The notes under the pieces were generated by a model. That model ran no database searches, was not told the origin of the DNA, and saw only the letters and a list, made by a program, of their open reading frames with translations. Positions 8,519 to 18,555 of a stretch of DNA of 64,000 nt are shown piece after piece. A program made the translations under genes and the position numbers. The stretch is from NCBI GenBank assembly GCA_903885085.1, contig CAISHH010000154.1, forward strand, positions 1,694-65,693, given 5' to 3'. The stretch is from an uncultured Campylobacterales bacterium. Its GTDB lineage: Bacteria; Campylobacterota; Campylobacteria; Campylobacterales; Sulfurimonadaceae. Position 1 is the first letter of the stretch. The number at the start of each line of letters is the position of its first letter.

Positions 8519-10902
8519 TATGCTAACTCCGCTTTAAACTTGATATTTCTTTGTACTACACTTGCTAGATAATCAGATGAATAAGGTTTCGTAATATATT
8601 CTACCATTCCAGACTCAACCCCTCGCATACGGTCAGATTTACTTGTACGTGACGTAACTGCTATAAGAGGAAGATTTTTATATTTATTGTATTTTTTGAT
8701 CTCGCCTGCTAATGTATATCCATCCATTCTTGGCATCTCAATATCTATGAGCATCGCATCAAAATGTGTATCACCCTGCTTGAGGATATTTAACGCTTCT
8801 TGACCATCTACGGCTTCAGTAAGAGTTATTCCCATTGGTTCTAAAGCTTTTCTCATAATCGTTCTATCTGTTTTTGAATCATCAACAATCATGACATTAT
8901 AATCACTCGCTTTTGTTTTTTCTTTGGATACAGCCGCTGATTTTGACTCGATCATTGGTTTTGCTTTTACCCCTTTTGCCATCTGCATAAGTGCAGCAAC
9001 ATCGACAATAAGAGTCACACCGCCATCTCCACGGATAGTCGCTCCCGCGATCCCTTCCATTCCTTTGAGATATTCTCCAAGAGATTTAATAACGATCTCT
9101 TCTTGCCCTACAAGTGAATCGACGATAAGACCAAGTTTGCTCTCAGCCAGACCAAGCACAACCACATACGCATGTTCAGCCGCATCTATGATACGCTCAA
9201 CTTCAAAAATATCGCCAATATGAACAAGAGAGAGCACATCATTTCTTAGTCTCATAACAGAGCGGTTATCGACTGTGTAGATCTCATCTTTAGAGATACG
9301 AACAGTTTCTAAAACAGACGCCAGAGGAATAGCATAATACTCCTCTTGCACACCAACTAGAAGTGCTTGAATAATAGCAAGGGTCAAAGGAATCTTCAAT
9401 TTAATCGAAGTTCCACGTCCTACTTCACTGTCGATATCGATGATACCATTGAGTTTTTCAATATTTGTTTTAACAACGTCCATACCGACACCGCGTCCAG
9501 AGACACTTGTAACTTGCGCCGCTGTTGAGAACCCTGGTCTAAAGATGAGAGCAAAGGCTTCTTTATCAGTCATTGCATCAGCTTCTTTTTCTGTAATAAC
9601 CCCTTTTTCAAGAGACTTATTTTTAAGCATAACAGGATCTAGACCTTTTCCATCATCATCAATTTGCACGACAATGTGGTTTCCTTCATTGTAAGCTTTT
9701 AGAATGATAGTACCTGTTTCAGATTTACCAAGGGCAATACGATCAGTAATAGACTCAATCCCATGGTCACAAGAGTTACGGATGATGTGAACTAGCGGAT
9801 CGCCAATCTCTTCAACAATCGACTTATCAAGTTCAGTTTCTTCTCCAAAAATCTCTAGATCTATCTTTTTATTTAGCTCGCGTGAAAGATCACGGATCAT
9901 ACGTGGGAATTTATTGAAAACTTTCCCTATCGGAAGCATTCTTGTTTTCATAACCGCGATTTGAAGGTCAGTTGTAACCAAAGAAACAATTGAGACAACT
10001 TGGTTGAGTTCCTCTAAGAACTCTTCCCCTTCGTAACGCTCTTCAACATCTACATTGATCTTGATAAGACGATTCTTTGCAAGTACAAGTTCGCCGATAA
10101 GGTTCATGAGATGGTCAAGTCTTTTGACATCCACACGAATAGTCTGTTCAACTGTTGTTGCGTTCCCTTTTACAGGAGCGGCCGCTTTTGCATCTTCAGA
10201 GTGTTCTTCAGTTTGTCTTTTTGGAGGCATCGGTGGTTTTACTACCACTGCATTTGTTTGTGGAGCCGGCTCTTTTTTTGGCTCTTCTTCATCACCTTGT
10301 GGCATCTGTGGAACGGCTTCGCCTGCAGCTTGCTTAGCTTTTCTTTTTTTCTGATCTTCTACTTGTCTTTGTGCTAGAAGTCTTTCTATCTCAGCTTCAA
10401 CCTCATCATCACTCATATTGTCATAATCAGGTTCTTCTTCCTCAAGAGATTCTTCTAACTCTTCTTCCTCGGTTTCTTCTTCTATACTTTCTTCTTTTGG
10501 AATTTCTTCTACCGAAGTGCCATTGGATTTTGCGTCAAGTCTCACAACACACATAGAAACATCTACACCAGCATCTGCACCCGTATCACGGATCGTATTT
10601 AAAAGTTCTTTCATGAGATCAATAGATTCTAAAACAACATCCATAACATCAGGCGTTAGTAATAAATCTCCATGTCTTGCTTTATTTAAGATATCTTCCA
10701 TATGGTGAGTAAGATGGGTCAAAACATCAAAATTTAAAAATGATGAAGCGCCTTTTACTGTATGTGCAACACGAAAAATACGATTGAGAAGTTCTAAATC
10801 CTCAGGATCTGTCTCCAACAACACAAGGTCTTGATCCAATTGTTCTAAAAGCTCGAAAGATTCAATTAAAAAATCTTGTAATATCTCTTGAAATTCATCC
10901 AT
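8518..10902 (-). CDS. cheA: Chemotaxis histidine kinase CheA with C-terminal receiver domain (CheAY type)
   Basis: Hpt domain (AHTVKGASSF), dimerisation and HATPase regions (DHGIE..., DDGKGLD, GRGVGMDVV) and a CheW-like domain. A C-terminal REC domain follows (VMIVDDS...DIEMPRMDG...TSR). A long acidic/basic low-complexity linker sits where P2 normally is. Confidence 0.95.
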   Translation of the reverse strand: MDEFQEILQDFLIESFELLEQLDQDLVLLETDPEDLELLNRIFRVAHTVKGASSFLNFDVLTHLTHHMEDILNKARHGDLLLTPDVMDVVLESIDLMKELLNTIRDTGADAGVDVSMCVVRLDAKSNGTSVEEIPKEESIEEETEEEELEESLEEEEPDYDNMSDDEVEAEIERLLAQRQVEDQKKRKAKQAAGEAVPQMPQGDEEEPKKEPAPQTNAVVVKPPMPPKRQTEEHSEDAKAAAPVKGNATTVEQTIRVDVKRLDHLMNLIGELVLAKNRLIKINVDVEERYEGEEFLEELNQVVSIVSLVTTDLQIAVMKTRMLPIGKVFNKFPRMIRDLSRELNKKIDLEIFGEETELDKSIVEEIGDPLVHIIRNSCDHGIESITDRIALGKSETGTIILKAYNEGNHIVVQIDDDGKGLDPVMLKNKSLEKGVITEKEADAMTDKEAFALIFRPGFSTAAQVTSVSGRGVGMDVVKTNIEKLNGIIDIDSEVGRGTSIKLKIPLTLAIIQALLVGVQEEYYAIPLASVLETVRISKDEIYTVDNRSVMRLRNDVLSLVHIGDIFEVERIIDAAEHAYVVVLGLAESKLGLIVDSLVGQEEIVIKSLGEYLKGMEGIAGATIRGDGGVTLIVDVAALMQMAKGVKAKPMIESKSAAVSKEKTKASDYNVMIVDDSKTDRTIMRKALEPMGITLTEAVDGQEALNILKQGDTHFDAMLIDIEMPRMDGYTLAGEIKKYNKYKNLPLIAVTSRTSKSDRMRGVESGMVEYITKPYSSDYLASVVQRNIKFKAELA

Positions 10903-10913
10903 AAACTACTCTC

Positions 10914-11855
10914 CTACTTCATATGTGCACGAACAACGCGTGCGACTTCACCGTAAAACAAATTAGCGTCAAACTTAACCAAGTAGGCTTCAGCACCAGC
11001 ATCTTTGCCACGCATTTCACTAAAATGATCACTAATTGATGAGTTAAAAACTATCGGAATATTTTTATATCTCCCATCTTCTTTAACATTTGCTGCAAAG
11101 TGAAAGCCATCCATCAAAGGCATCTCAATATCTGAGATAATGAGTTTAAGATGATTTGTTATTCCCTCTTCGTACATCGCATAGATATCATCAAGTTTTT
11201 CAAGCCCATCTTGTCCATCACTTGCTTCAACAACATCAAAGCCCATCTTTTCAAGAGCATCTCTTACTATTTTTCTAGCTGTTGAGCTGTCATCAAGCAA
11301 CAATACAAGTCCTGCAAAAGTATCAAGATCTTGAGGAATATCTCCAGTATTTGGTTTATACAGTCCCAAATCTTGGACAACAGCTTCCAAGTCAAGAATC
11401 AAAAGTACCGCATCATCTTCGATACGTGTCACTCCTGTTATCTTACTGCCATCAAATCCCTCTCCTCCGGAAACAAAAGAAGCAGGCTCAATATCTTTCC
11501 AGTTTATACGGCGAATTCGTCTCGCTTCATGAACAATAAAGCCGATAAGAACATTATTAAATTCAGCAATAATGACACGCGCATTTTTTCCAGCATCTTC
11601 AGGAACATTCACACCCATCCAACTAGCTAAATTCACAACAGGAATGACAACACCACGAAGATCAAAAATACCTTCTATAAATTCCGGAACTCCCGGAAGT
11701 TCTGTTAGAGAGGGAACACGAATAATTTCCCGAACTTTAGCGACATTGACACCGTAAATCCCCTCATACACTTCATCATCTTCTTGTTTGAAGATACGAA
11801 AGTCCACAAGTTCCATCTCATTACTGCCAACTTTTAATGTTGCGTTTTCTTTCAT
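10914..11855 (-). CDS. cheV: Chemotaxis protein CheV (CheW-like + REC)
   Basis: N-terminal CheW-like domain (YGVNVAKVREII...DLRGVVIPVVNL) plus a C-terminal receiver (LLLDDSSTARK...SDIEMPLMDG). Confidence 0.92.
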   Translation of the reverse strand: MKENATLKVGSNEMELVDFRIFKQEDDEVYEGIYGVNVAKVREIIRVPSLTELPGVPEFIEGIFDLRGVVIPVVNLASWMGVNVPEDAGKNARVIIAEFNNVLIGFIVHEARRIRRINWKDIEPASFVSGGEGFDGSKITGVTRIEDDAVLLILDLEAVVQDLGLYKPNTGDIPQDLDTFAGLVLLLDDSSTARKIVRDALEKMGFDVVEASDGQDGLEKLDDIYAMYEEGITNHLKLIISDIEMPLMDGFHFAANVKEDGRYKNIPIVFNSSISDHFSEMRGKDAGAEAYLVKFDANLFYGEVARVVRAHMK

Positions 11856-12598
11856 TCACCTAACTCCTTAGAAGCATCGACCTCTAATAATAGCTCTTCT
11901 TGCGGGGATTGTACAATAAAATATCTTTGATTACAAGCAAAAGCAGCCAAATTAATATAGGTAAAATCGTCCACGCCAAAGCTTCTGTTTTGATGAAAAT
12001 GTCCCTCTATAAAATAATCACAGCTATTAGAAAATCTTTTATCTAGACGTGTTGTAATGTATCTTTGAAAACCTTCAAAATTATTACAATCTTCTTTTTT
12101 TTGAAGATACGTATCGAGTTTTTTTAGTATAAAATGATTCCCAAAAAGGTCAATGTATTTCAAACAAGTAAGGATAAATCGGTTTCGTATCAAAGATGTG
12201 TATATTTTATAACCCAAGTCCTCGCCAAAATCACCATGCGCGAGTAAAATCTTCTTATCATTATATTTACATGAGAGAGGCTGAGAGGCAAGCGGATAGA
12301 TCTTAATATTTTCAAATACACCTTCCAAACAAAAATCATGATTTCCTTCAAGATAAATCACTTCTATTTTCTGCGCTATTGAGTTTAGTAAATCTATCAT
12401 TTTTTGGTTACCATCTAAAGTATAAGGGATAGGTCCAAAAAGAGTATCAAAGATATCACCCATCAAAATAAGTTGTGAGGGTTTTAAAACACCAGCATCT
12501 ATCTCTTCTAAAAGAGCCTTTAATTCTGGTCGATGTGGCGAATAATGAGCATCTGAAATAACAAATGCTCCCTCTTTGAGAAGAAAACTATGGGACAT
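11852..12598 (-). CDS. Metallophosphoesterase, UDP-2,3-diacylglucosamine diphosphatase (LpxH)-like
   Basis: Ordered calcineurin-type motifs as in LpxH: ISDAHY, LMGDIFD, GNHDF, AHGD, GHFH. The size (248 aa) also fits. Confidence 0.6.
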   Translation of the reverse strand: MSHSFLLKEGAFVISDAHYSPHRPELKALLEEIDAGVLKPSQLILMGDIFDTLFGPIPYTLDGNQKMIDLLNSIAQKIEVIYLEGNHDFCLEGVFENIKIYPLASQPLSCKYNDKKILLAHGDFGEDLGYKIYTSLIRNRFILTCLKYIDLFGNHFILKKLDTYLQKKEDCNNFEGFQRYITTRLDKRFSNSCDYFIEGHFHQNRSFGVDDFTYINLAAFACNQRYFIVQSPQEELLLEVDASKELGE

Positions 12599-13592
12599 AC
12601 GCTATTGCTGGCAAAGCCGTATGTTCATCATATCCCATCATCAGATTTGCATTTGCAACTGCTGCTGAAGATGCGCCTTTTAGAAGGTTGTCAATAGCTG
12701 ATGAGATAAACAGCGTATCGCCGTTTCTTTTTGCAAAAATATCGCAAAAATGGGTTCCAGCAACACTTTTCATATCAACTGGATTTTCTCTCACACGCAC
12801 GAATCTTTCCTCTTTGTAATACTCTTTTAATACAGCAATAGGATCAAAATCTCCACGCACTTGCATATAAATAGATGAAACCATACCTCTAGTAGCGGGA
12901 ACTAAATGAGGCACAAAACTTACATCTGAGAAATCAATACCAAGTTTTTCGGCTATCTCAGGTGCATGACGATGTCCTAGAGGATTGTACGCGAAAAAGT
13001 TATCGTTAACATTGACAAAATGGGTAATGTCACTGAGTTTTTTACCCGCTCCGCTCACTCCGCTTTTTGCATCGACTATGAAAGGTGAATGCTCTTTTTT
13101 ATACTTCATAAACGGCAATGCGCCAAGAATGACACTTGTCGGATAGCATCCCGGATTTGCGATGAGTTTTGCACTCTTAATCTTTTCGCGGAAGAGTTCA
13201 GGCAAGCCATAAACTGCGTGAGTAAGGTTCTCTTTATCTGTATGCTCACAATAATGCTTTTCATACAGATCAAGCTCGAGTCTATAATCAGCCGAAAGAT
13301 CAACGACTTTCAAACCTTTTTCTAAAAGAGGTTTTACATACGCCATAGCAGTTTGATGTGGAAGAGCCAAAAAGGCAAGCTCACTCACTTTTGCCACCTC
13401 ATCGATATCCGCTTTTTGTATATCACACTCATAAACACCTTTTAGTGAGGGATGAAGCTCTGCTAGACTCATATTTCCTTCACTATTTGCGACATAAGTA
13501 AGTTTAAAATTCGGATGATTAATTAATATCTTTAGAAGCTCAAGCCCTGTGTATCCACTTGCTCCGATGATGGCTACATTAGTGACATTCAA
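12588..13592 (-). CDS. argC: N-acetyl-gamma-glutamyl-phosphate reductase
   Basis: Contains VAIIGASGYTGLELLKIL and the active-site region ANPGCYPTS. The track ORF starts at 13643, inside greA. An in-frame TTG at 13592 is preceded by AGGAG (13600-13604, 7-nt spacer) and gives a normal N-terminus, so I prefer it. The start is uncertain by 51 nt. Confidence 0.88.
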   Translation of the reverse strand: MNVTNVAIIGASGYTGLELLKILINHPNFKLTYVANSEGNMSLAELHPSLKGVYECDIQKADIDEVAKVSELAFLALPHQTAMAYVKPLLEKGLKVVDLSADYRLELDLYEKHYCEHTDKENLTHAVYGLPELFREKIKSAKLIANPGCYPTSVILGALPFMKYKKEHSPFIVDAKSGVSGAGKKLSDITHFVNVNDNFFAYNPLGHRHAPEIAEKLGIDFSDVSFVPHLVPATRGMVSSIYMQVRGDFDPIAVLKEYYKEERFVRVRENPVDMKSVAGTHFCDIFAKRNGDTLFISSAIDNLLKGASSAAVANANLMMGYDEHTALPAIAYVP

Positions 13593-14076
13593 AGACGATC
13601 TCCTGATATCTAACTGATTCGATCTCAAACTCTTTTTCACCATTTGGAAGCTTGACCTTCACCTCATCGCCCTCTTCTCGTCCCAAAAGCTGTTTTGCAA
13701 GCGGAGAGTTAAATGAGATAAGCCCGATATCTGGATTGCTTTCACAGCCACCTACTATCGTATAAGTTTTTTCTTCACCGCTTGCCATGTCACTTAAAGT
13801 TACCGTTGAACCAAAACTCACTTTCGCATGTTCAAGTTCACTTGGATTGACGATCTGCGCATTTGAAATCATTTCTGCTATCTCAATCATTCTTCCATCG
13901 ATGAGTCTTTGTTTCTCTTTTGAAGCGTGATACTCAGCATTTTCTTTCAAGTCTCCATGTTCTAGAGCCTCTTCTATATCTTTTACAGTTTGCGGACGTT
14001 CCACCATTTTAAGGTAAGTGAGCTCAGCTTGAAGTTTTTCATATCCATATTTTGTCATAGGTTCTTGTATTGTCAT
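13579..14076 (-). CDS. greA: Transcription elongation factor GreA
   Basis: MTKYGYEKLQAEL...LKENAEYHASKEKQ (coiled-coil) plus a C-terminal FKBP-like domain (VSFGSTVTL...YTIVG). Confidence 0.92.
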   Translation of the reverse strand: MTIQEPMTKYGYEKLQAELTYLKMVERPQTVKDIEEALEHGDLKENAEYHASKEKQRLIDGRMIEIAEMISNAQIVNPSELEHAKVSFGSTVTLSDMASGEEKTYTIVGGCESNPDIGLISFNSPLAKQLLGREEGDEVKVKLPNGEKEFEIESVRYQEIVFECH

Positions 14077-14183
14077 TATTTCTCTTTTTTCATAGTGTAT
14101 TTAGCTAAAGGATTATATCAAAAAATTAAAACAAAGTTTTGTTATAATTTGTCTAGATTATAAACTTCTATAGAGGATATTTT

Positions 14184-16490
14184 GTGCATATATACAAACA
14201 GCTTAGTGAGGCTTATAATAATTTAACGCTTTCTATCCTTGGAGTCATAGCTAATGCTGCTGTTTTATTTTATATTTTTTTTGGACATACAAATAATACT
14301 ACTCTCATTATCTGGGGAGCTTTTGTCCTATTAATTTCAGTATTTCGTTACTTGACTGTTTTAAAATATAAAGCCGAAAAAACTCTTTTGTACATAGATA
14401 AATGGCAAAAATTACTTTTTATCGGTATTGTTTTATCTGCACTAAGTTGGGGTATAACTCCCTTTCTTTTTTTTGTTCCCGGAAACTATCTATATCAGAT
14501 GGTACTTATTGTAATTTTGGCTGGACTTAGTGCTGGCAGTATCAGTACGCTTGCGCATATCCGTCTCAATATTCAACTCTACTTAGTTGTTCTTATAGTT
14601 CCTCTCATCGTGGAGCTTCTTTTGCAAAAAACTGCAATACATAATGATATGGCCATACTTGTGTCACTTTATCTTCTACTTTTACTTACTGTTTCAAAAA
14701 AATTCAATCAAACTTATCTCGATTCTATCACGTCACATTTGATGTTTGAACAAAAAAGAGAGGAGTTTTTAGAATCTGAACAGAAGTTTAAAGCAATCTT
14801 TAAAAGTGTTCCAATTGGAATATTATTTTACGATACAAACCTCATCATTCAGGAGGTCAATAATAGTTTTGTTGATTTCATCGCAGCTCCCAAAGATTTT
14901 CTTATCGGCTTAGATCTTGAAAAGAGTCGAGATAGAAGCCTTATGCCCACATTTAAAGCAGCCCTTGATGGGATTAGTGGATTTTATGAGGGGCCATACA
15001 CAACACTCTATAAACAAAAAGATCTATGGGTTAGTATGAGTACCTCTCCCCTGCGAAACAGTGATAACGAAATCATCGGCGCAGTCGGTATCATCGCTGA
15101 TATTACAGAAAGGATGTTAATCCAACTTCAAATAGAACATCAGGCAAATCATGATACTCTCACAGATATCCCAAATAGAGCAAACTTAAAACAAGAGATA
15201 GCTAAAAATATTATCCGCTTTCAAAGACATGGAGTGATCTTTGCAATTATCTTTTTGGATCTTGACCATTTTAAAAATATCAACGACTCTTTAGGCCATG
15301 ATGTAGGAGACAAACTTTTAGTACAAACTGCTACTCGTCTTAAAAATACAATAAGAGATGAAGATATGGTTGCTCGAATTGGTGGAGATGAGTTTGTGAT
15401 CTTGCTTCCTGATCTTTCTGCAGATGAATTTGAAGCTGCAAAAAGTGCAGAGATCGTCTCTCAAAAAATTCACGAAACATTTCGTACTCCTTTTGAGATC
15501 GATGGATATAAACTCAATATATCTTCCAGCCTTGGTATTACTCTCATAAATGCTCAATCCCAAAGTGAAGATGCCCTTCTAAAACATGCCGACATTGCCA
15601 TGTATGAATCAAAAAAAGATGGAAGAAATACTACAAGATTTTATCAAGAGAGTATGGATCAATGGATCAAAAGACGTCTTGAAGTAGAAAATGAACTCAA
15701 AAATGCTATTAAAAACAATGAACTCAGACTCGTTTATCAGCCCGTTGTCGAGTTTGCAACTTCTAAAGTTATCGGAATGGAAGCGCTTATAAGGTGGAAA
15801 AGCCAAAAGCTCGGAGATATGTATCCAGATGAATTTATCACCATCGCCGAAGAGAGTGGGATGATTTTATCAATCGGAGAGTGGGTACTTCAAGAGGCCG
15901 TGAGTCAGTTTATGATTTGGCAAAAGCAGTTTGCACACACGATAAATCTGAAAAAAATTGCCGTCAATGTCAGCGTACACCAATTTAACGCTCCTAATTT
16001 TTTAATGCAAGTTGAAAATATCATAGCCCAAAGCGGCATTGTAAAAGAACATCTTGAGCTTGAACTTACAGAGTCTATCATCGTAAAAGATATCTCAGGT
16101 GTGCGCGCTAAGATGCAACAGCTTCGTGATCTTGGCGTCAATCTTTCTATAGATGATTTTGGAACGGGTTATTCTTCGCTCTCATATCTCAAGAAACTCC
16201 CTTTTACAACACTCAAAATCGATAAATCTTTTACTCAGGATATTGGAAATGATGTCGATGACAAAGAACTTATCAGCACCATCATCACCATCGCCGAAAA
16301 CTTCAACCTCGAAGTAGTCATCGAGGGTGTTGAAACTTATGAACAGTATGCTTTTGTGAATGAAAGAAAAGCAACATTTATGCAGGGGTATTTCTGCTCC
16401 AAACCTATGGAAAAAGAGAGTTTTGAAGCGATGCTTGAGTCAAGCAATGGAATCTGCTCTATAATGACTGAGGCAAAGGAAAAAATATGA
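14184..16490 (+). CDS. Membrane-anchored PAS-GGDEF-EAL protein (c-di-GMP turnover)
   Basis: About 6 N-terminal TM helices and a PAS region. Canonical GGDEF (RIGGDEFVILL) and EAL domains (GMEALIRW, DDFGTGYSSLSYL). GTG start. Confidence 0.9.
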   Translation: MHIYKQLSEAYNNLTLSILGVIANAAVLFYIFFGHTNNTTLIIWGAFVLLISVFRYLTVLKYKAEKTLLYIDKWQKLLFIGIVLSALSWGITPFLFFVPGNYLYQMVLIVILAGLSAGSISTLAHIRLNIQLYLVVLIVPLIVELLLQKTAIHNDMAILVSLYLLLLLTVSKKFNQTYLDSITSHLMFEQKREEFLESEQKFKAIFKSVPIGILFYDTNLIIQEVNNSFVDFIAAPKDFLIGLDLEKSRDRSLMPTFKAALDGISGFYEGPYTTLYKQKDLWVSMSTSPLRNSDNEIIGAVGIIADITERMLIQLQIEHQANHDTLTDIPNRANLKQEIAKNIIRFQRHGVIFAIIFLDLDHFKNINDSLGHDVGDKLLVQTATRLKNTIRDEDMVARIGGDEFVILLPDLSADEFEAAKSAEIVSQKIHETFRTPFEIDGYKLNISSSLGITLINAQSQSEDALLKHADIAMYESKKDGRNTTRFYQESMDQWIKRRLEVENELKNAIKNNELRLVYQPVVEFATSKVIGMEALIRWKSQKLGDMYPDEFITIAEESGMILSIGEWVLQEAVSQFMIWQKQFAHTINLKKIAVNVSVHQFNAPNFLMQVENIIAQSGIVKEHLELELTESIIVKDISGVRAKMQQLRDLGVNLSIDDFGTGYSSLSYLKKLPFTTLKIDKSFTQDIGNDVDDKELISTIITIAENFNLEVVIEGVETYEQYAFVNERKATFMQGYFCSKPMEKESFEAMLESSNGICSIMTEAKEKI

Positions 16491-16744
16491 AAATGAAAAA
16501 TATACTACTCGCGTTTACACTTTTAGGCTCTTTGACATCGCTTCTTGGGCAAAGTGCTTTTGAAACACAAGAGAAAAAAACAGCAGTTTCTGCGCTCAAA
16601 GATGCAAAGCATTCACAGCAAAAAAAGGTACAAAAAACGACTCAGCCAGTGATGAAAAAATATGATTCCTACGAGGCTAAAGAGGTTCAAAGCTATAAAA
16701 ATAATAACTCAGGACAGATGCAAGTCAAAATTCCGACGCATTAA
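16487..16744 (+). CDS. Small secreted protein, hypothetical
   Basis: 85 aa with a clear signal peptide (MKMKNILLAFTLLGSLTSLLGQSA) and a Lys/Gln-rich mature part. ATGA overlap with the upstream gene. Confidence 0.55.
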   Translation: MKMKNILLAFTLLGSLTSLLGQSAFETQEKKTAVSALKDAKHSQQKKVQKTTQPVMKKYDSYEAKEVQSYKNNNSGQMQVKIPTH

Positions 16745-17004
16745 TCTTCGATCAAACTCATCTTTGAGAGATCAAACGTCATCTTTTTTTGCTTACATGT
16801 AAAGAGAAGATGACACCTTTTTTTTGAGATACTTTGAGGCTCTTGGAGATTTTCTAAAAGCGTCATCATCTCTTTTGTTGTCGGATCATAAACATTCAAA
16901 GTATCCTTACATGTAAAGAAAATCCGTCCACCGCCGCAACCATCACCGATAATCCCCTCACACCAGCTTGTCGCACCAAAGGGCACAATTACCGTAAAAT
17001 CCAT
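16741..17004 (-). CDS. Hypothetical Cys-containing small protein (87 aa from the internal ATG)
   Basis: The ATG at 17002-17004 overlaps the tcdA stop (TAATG), which suggests translational coupling. The track start at 17043 lies inside tcdA. Two similar segments are present (RIFFTCKDTLNVYD and HLLFTCKQKKMTFD). Confidence 0.55.
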   Translation of the reverse strand: MDFTVIVPFGATSWCEGIIGDGCGGGRIFFTCKDTLNVYDPTTKEMMTLLENLQEPQSISKKRCHLLFTCKQKKMTFDLSKMSLIED

Positions 17005-17651
17005 TATTTTTTCCCTGTAAGTTTTAAGACTGCCTGAGAACACATCGCAAATCCAAATGCACCCGTAACGCCCATAAAACTCCCTTTTTCTTTGATGAGT
17101 GCGGGTTCACTTGAAAAGATGACCGTATAGTTTTTGTCAAACTTTCGCTTTTTGAGTTCATAACGTATCTTCGCGCCAAAGCGGTCTCCGTGTGTTTTCC
17201 AAATGGTCGCGACCTCTATCTTTGTCGGGTCAAGCCTTTTTGCAGAACCCACAGCAGAGATCAGTTTTTTATAGGTTTTTTGAGCCAAATACAACTTTGC
17301 GTGGATATCATCTATCGCATCTAAAACAAGATCATACTCATCAAAATCCACACTGTCTATCCACTCTTTATCGACCCTTATATGTAAGGCTTTTACAGTT
17401 GGATAATGCTGTTTGAGTGCTTCAACTTTCGACTCTCCAAGATGGAGTTCCGACCACATTTGACGGTTTTGATTTGTTTCATCATAAGTGTCACAATCCA
17501 CAATGGTAATGTCTGTGATACCTGTTCTCACTAAACAATCAAGACACACACTCCCTACTCCACCAACTCCCAAAAGAAGGATTTTTGCGTTTTGAAGTTT
17601 GGCAAAATCATCGCCAAAAAGCATCTCGCTTCTTGTGTATCTCAAAGCCAT
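17004..17651 (-). CDS. tcdA: ThiF/MoeB-family protein, tRNA cyclic t6A dehydratase TcdA-like
   Basis: Rossmann motif LLGVGGVGSVCLDCLVRTGITDITIVDCD. The size and lack of a rhodanese or Cys-rich tail fit TcdA/CsdL rather than MoeB/ThiF. Confidence 0.65.
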   Translation of the reverse strand: MALRYTRSEMLFGDDFAKLQNAKILLLGVGGVGSVCLDCLVRTGITDITIVDCDTYDETNQNRQMWSELHLGESKVEALKQHYPTVKALHIRVDKEWIDSVDFDEYDLVLDAIDDIHAKLYLAQKTYKKLISAVGSAKRLDPTKIEVATIWKTHGDRFGAKIRYELKKRKFDKNYTVIFSSEPALIKEKGSFMGVTGAFGFAMCSQAVLKLTGKK

Positions 17652-18415
17652 TCTTCCAACATTTCCATAGAATGATACGCACTCAAGTCCATATGAACAG
17701 GTGTAAGGGAGATAAACCCGCTCTCTATGGCATCATAATCACACAGTCCTTTTTTATCCGCTCTTGGTTTAAATGCCAAAGGATGTAACCCGAGCCAGTA
17801 AAACTCTTCGCCTCTAGGGTTACGATGCAGATGCGCGTCATTGGCATAAAATCTATATCCCGCATAAGTCACAACCATCTTTGCTTCATGTACGCCTGAG
17901 GGAATATTGATATTTAAAAACTCTCTGTGAGGAAGTGGAAAAGTGCCCTCAGTTATCTTTATAACAAGTTCTCTTATCGTCTTTGCTGCTAATGTATAGT
18001 CATTGTTTGAAACAGCAAAATCCACGACTTGAGAGATGGCGATTGCAGGCACATCATGAAGTACCGCCTCCATAGCTCCCGCGCAAGTTCCTGAGTAGGT
18101 AATATCTTCGCCCATATTTGAACCGCGATTGATTCCGCTTATGACAAGATCGGGTTTTGTTCCCTCAAAAAGAGAGTTAAGTGCAAGATAAATACAATCC
18201 GCAGGAGTTCCATCATCAAGCTTATAAAACCCATCATCCACGCCAATAAAACGCAAAGGTCTTGTCAAAGTCAGCGAGTGCGCACAAGCCGATTTTTCCG
18301 TCGCAGGTGCTACTATTGTAAGCTCTGCTATACTTTTGAGCGCATCGATTAAACAGCGCAAACCTTTTGCCTCATACCCATCATCATTCGTTATTAATAT
18401 CTTTAATTTTTTCAT
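17642..18415 (-). CDS. surE: 5'/3'-nucleotidase SurE
   Basis: MKKLKILITNDDGYEAKGL..., SGINRGSNMGEDITYSGTCAGAMEA. Confidence 0.93.
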   Translation of the reverse strand: MKKLKILITNDDGYEAKGLRCLIDALKSIAELTIVAPATEKSACAHSLTLTRPLRFIGVDDGFYKLDDGTPADCIYLALNSLFEGTKPDLVISGINRGSNMGEDITYSGTCAGAMEAVLHDVPAIAISQVVDFAVSNNDYTLAAKTIRELVIKITEGTFPLPHREFLNINIPSGVHEAKMVVTYAGYRFYANDAHLHRNPRGEEFYWLGLHPLAFKPRADKKGLCDYDAIESGFISLTPVHMDLSAYHSMEMLEEWL

Positions 18416-18555
18416 AACGTGATTTTACTATATTATTATATCAATACGAAACACTTAACACTTATTGTTACAAAATCCTACTCTACTTTTATCACATTTT
18501 TTGATATAGCTGTATACTAACAAGCAGAAAACTACACTATAGAGGTTATTTTATT

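Noticed and set aside
13593-13643. N-terminal extensions proposed by the ORF track: argC to 13643, porin to 33529, ackA to 52195, ABC-F to 45653, the small ORFs to 17043 and 40047, and the island ORF to 62623.
   Set aside because: The extensions run into the upstream gene or a regulatory site. Several use TTG/GTG starts. Each is followed by an in-frame start that has a better RBS, or coupling to the upstream stop, and a family-typical N-terminus.
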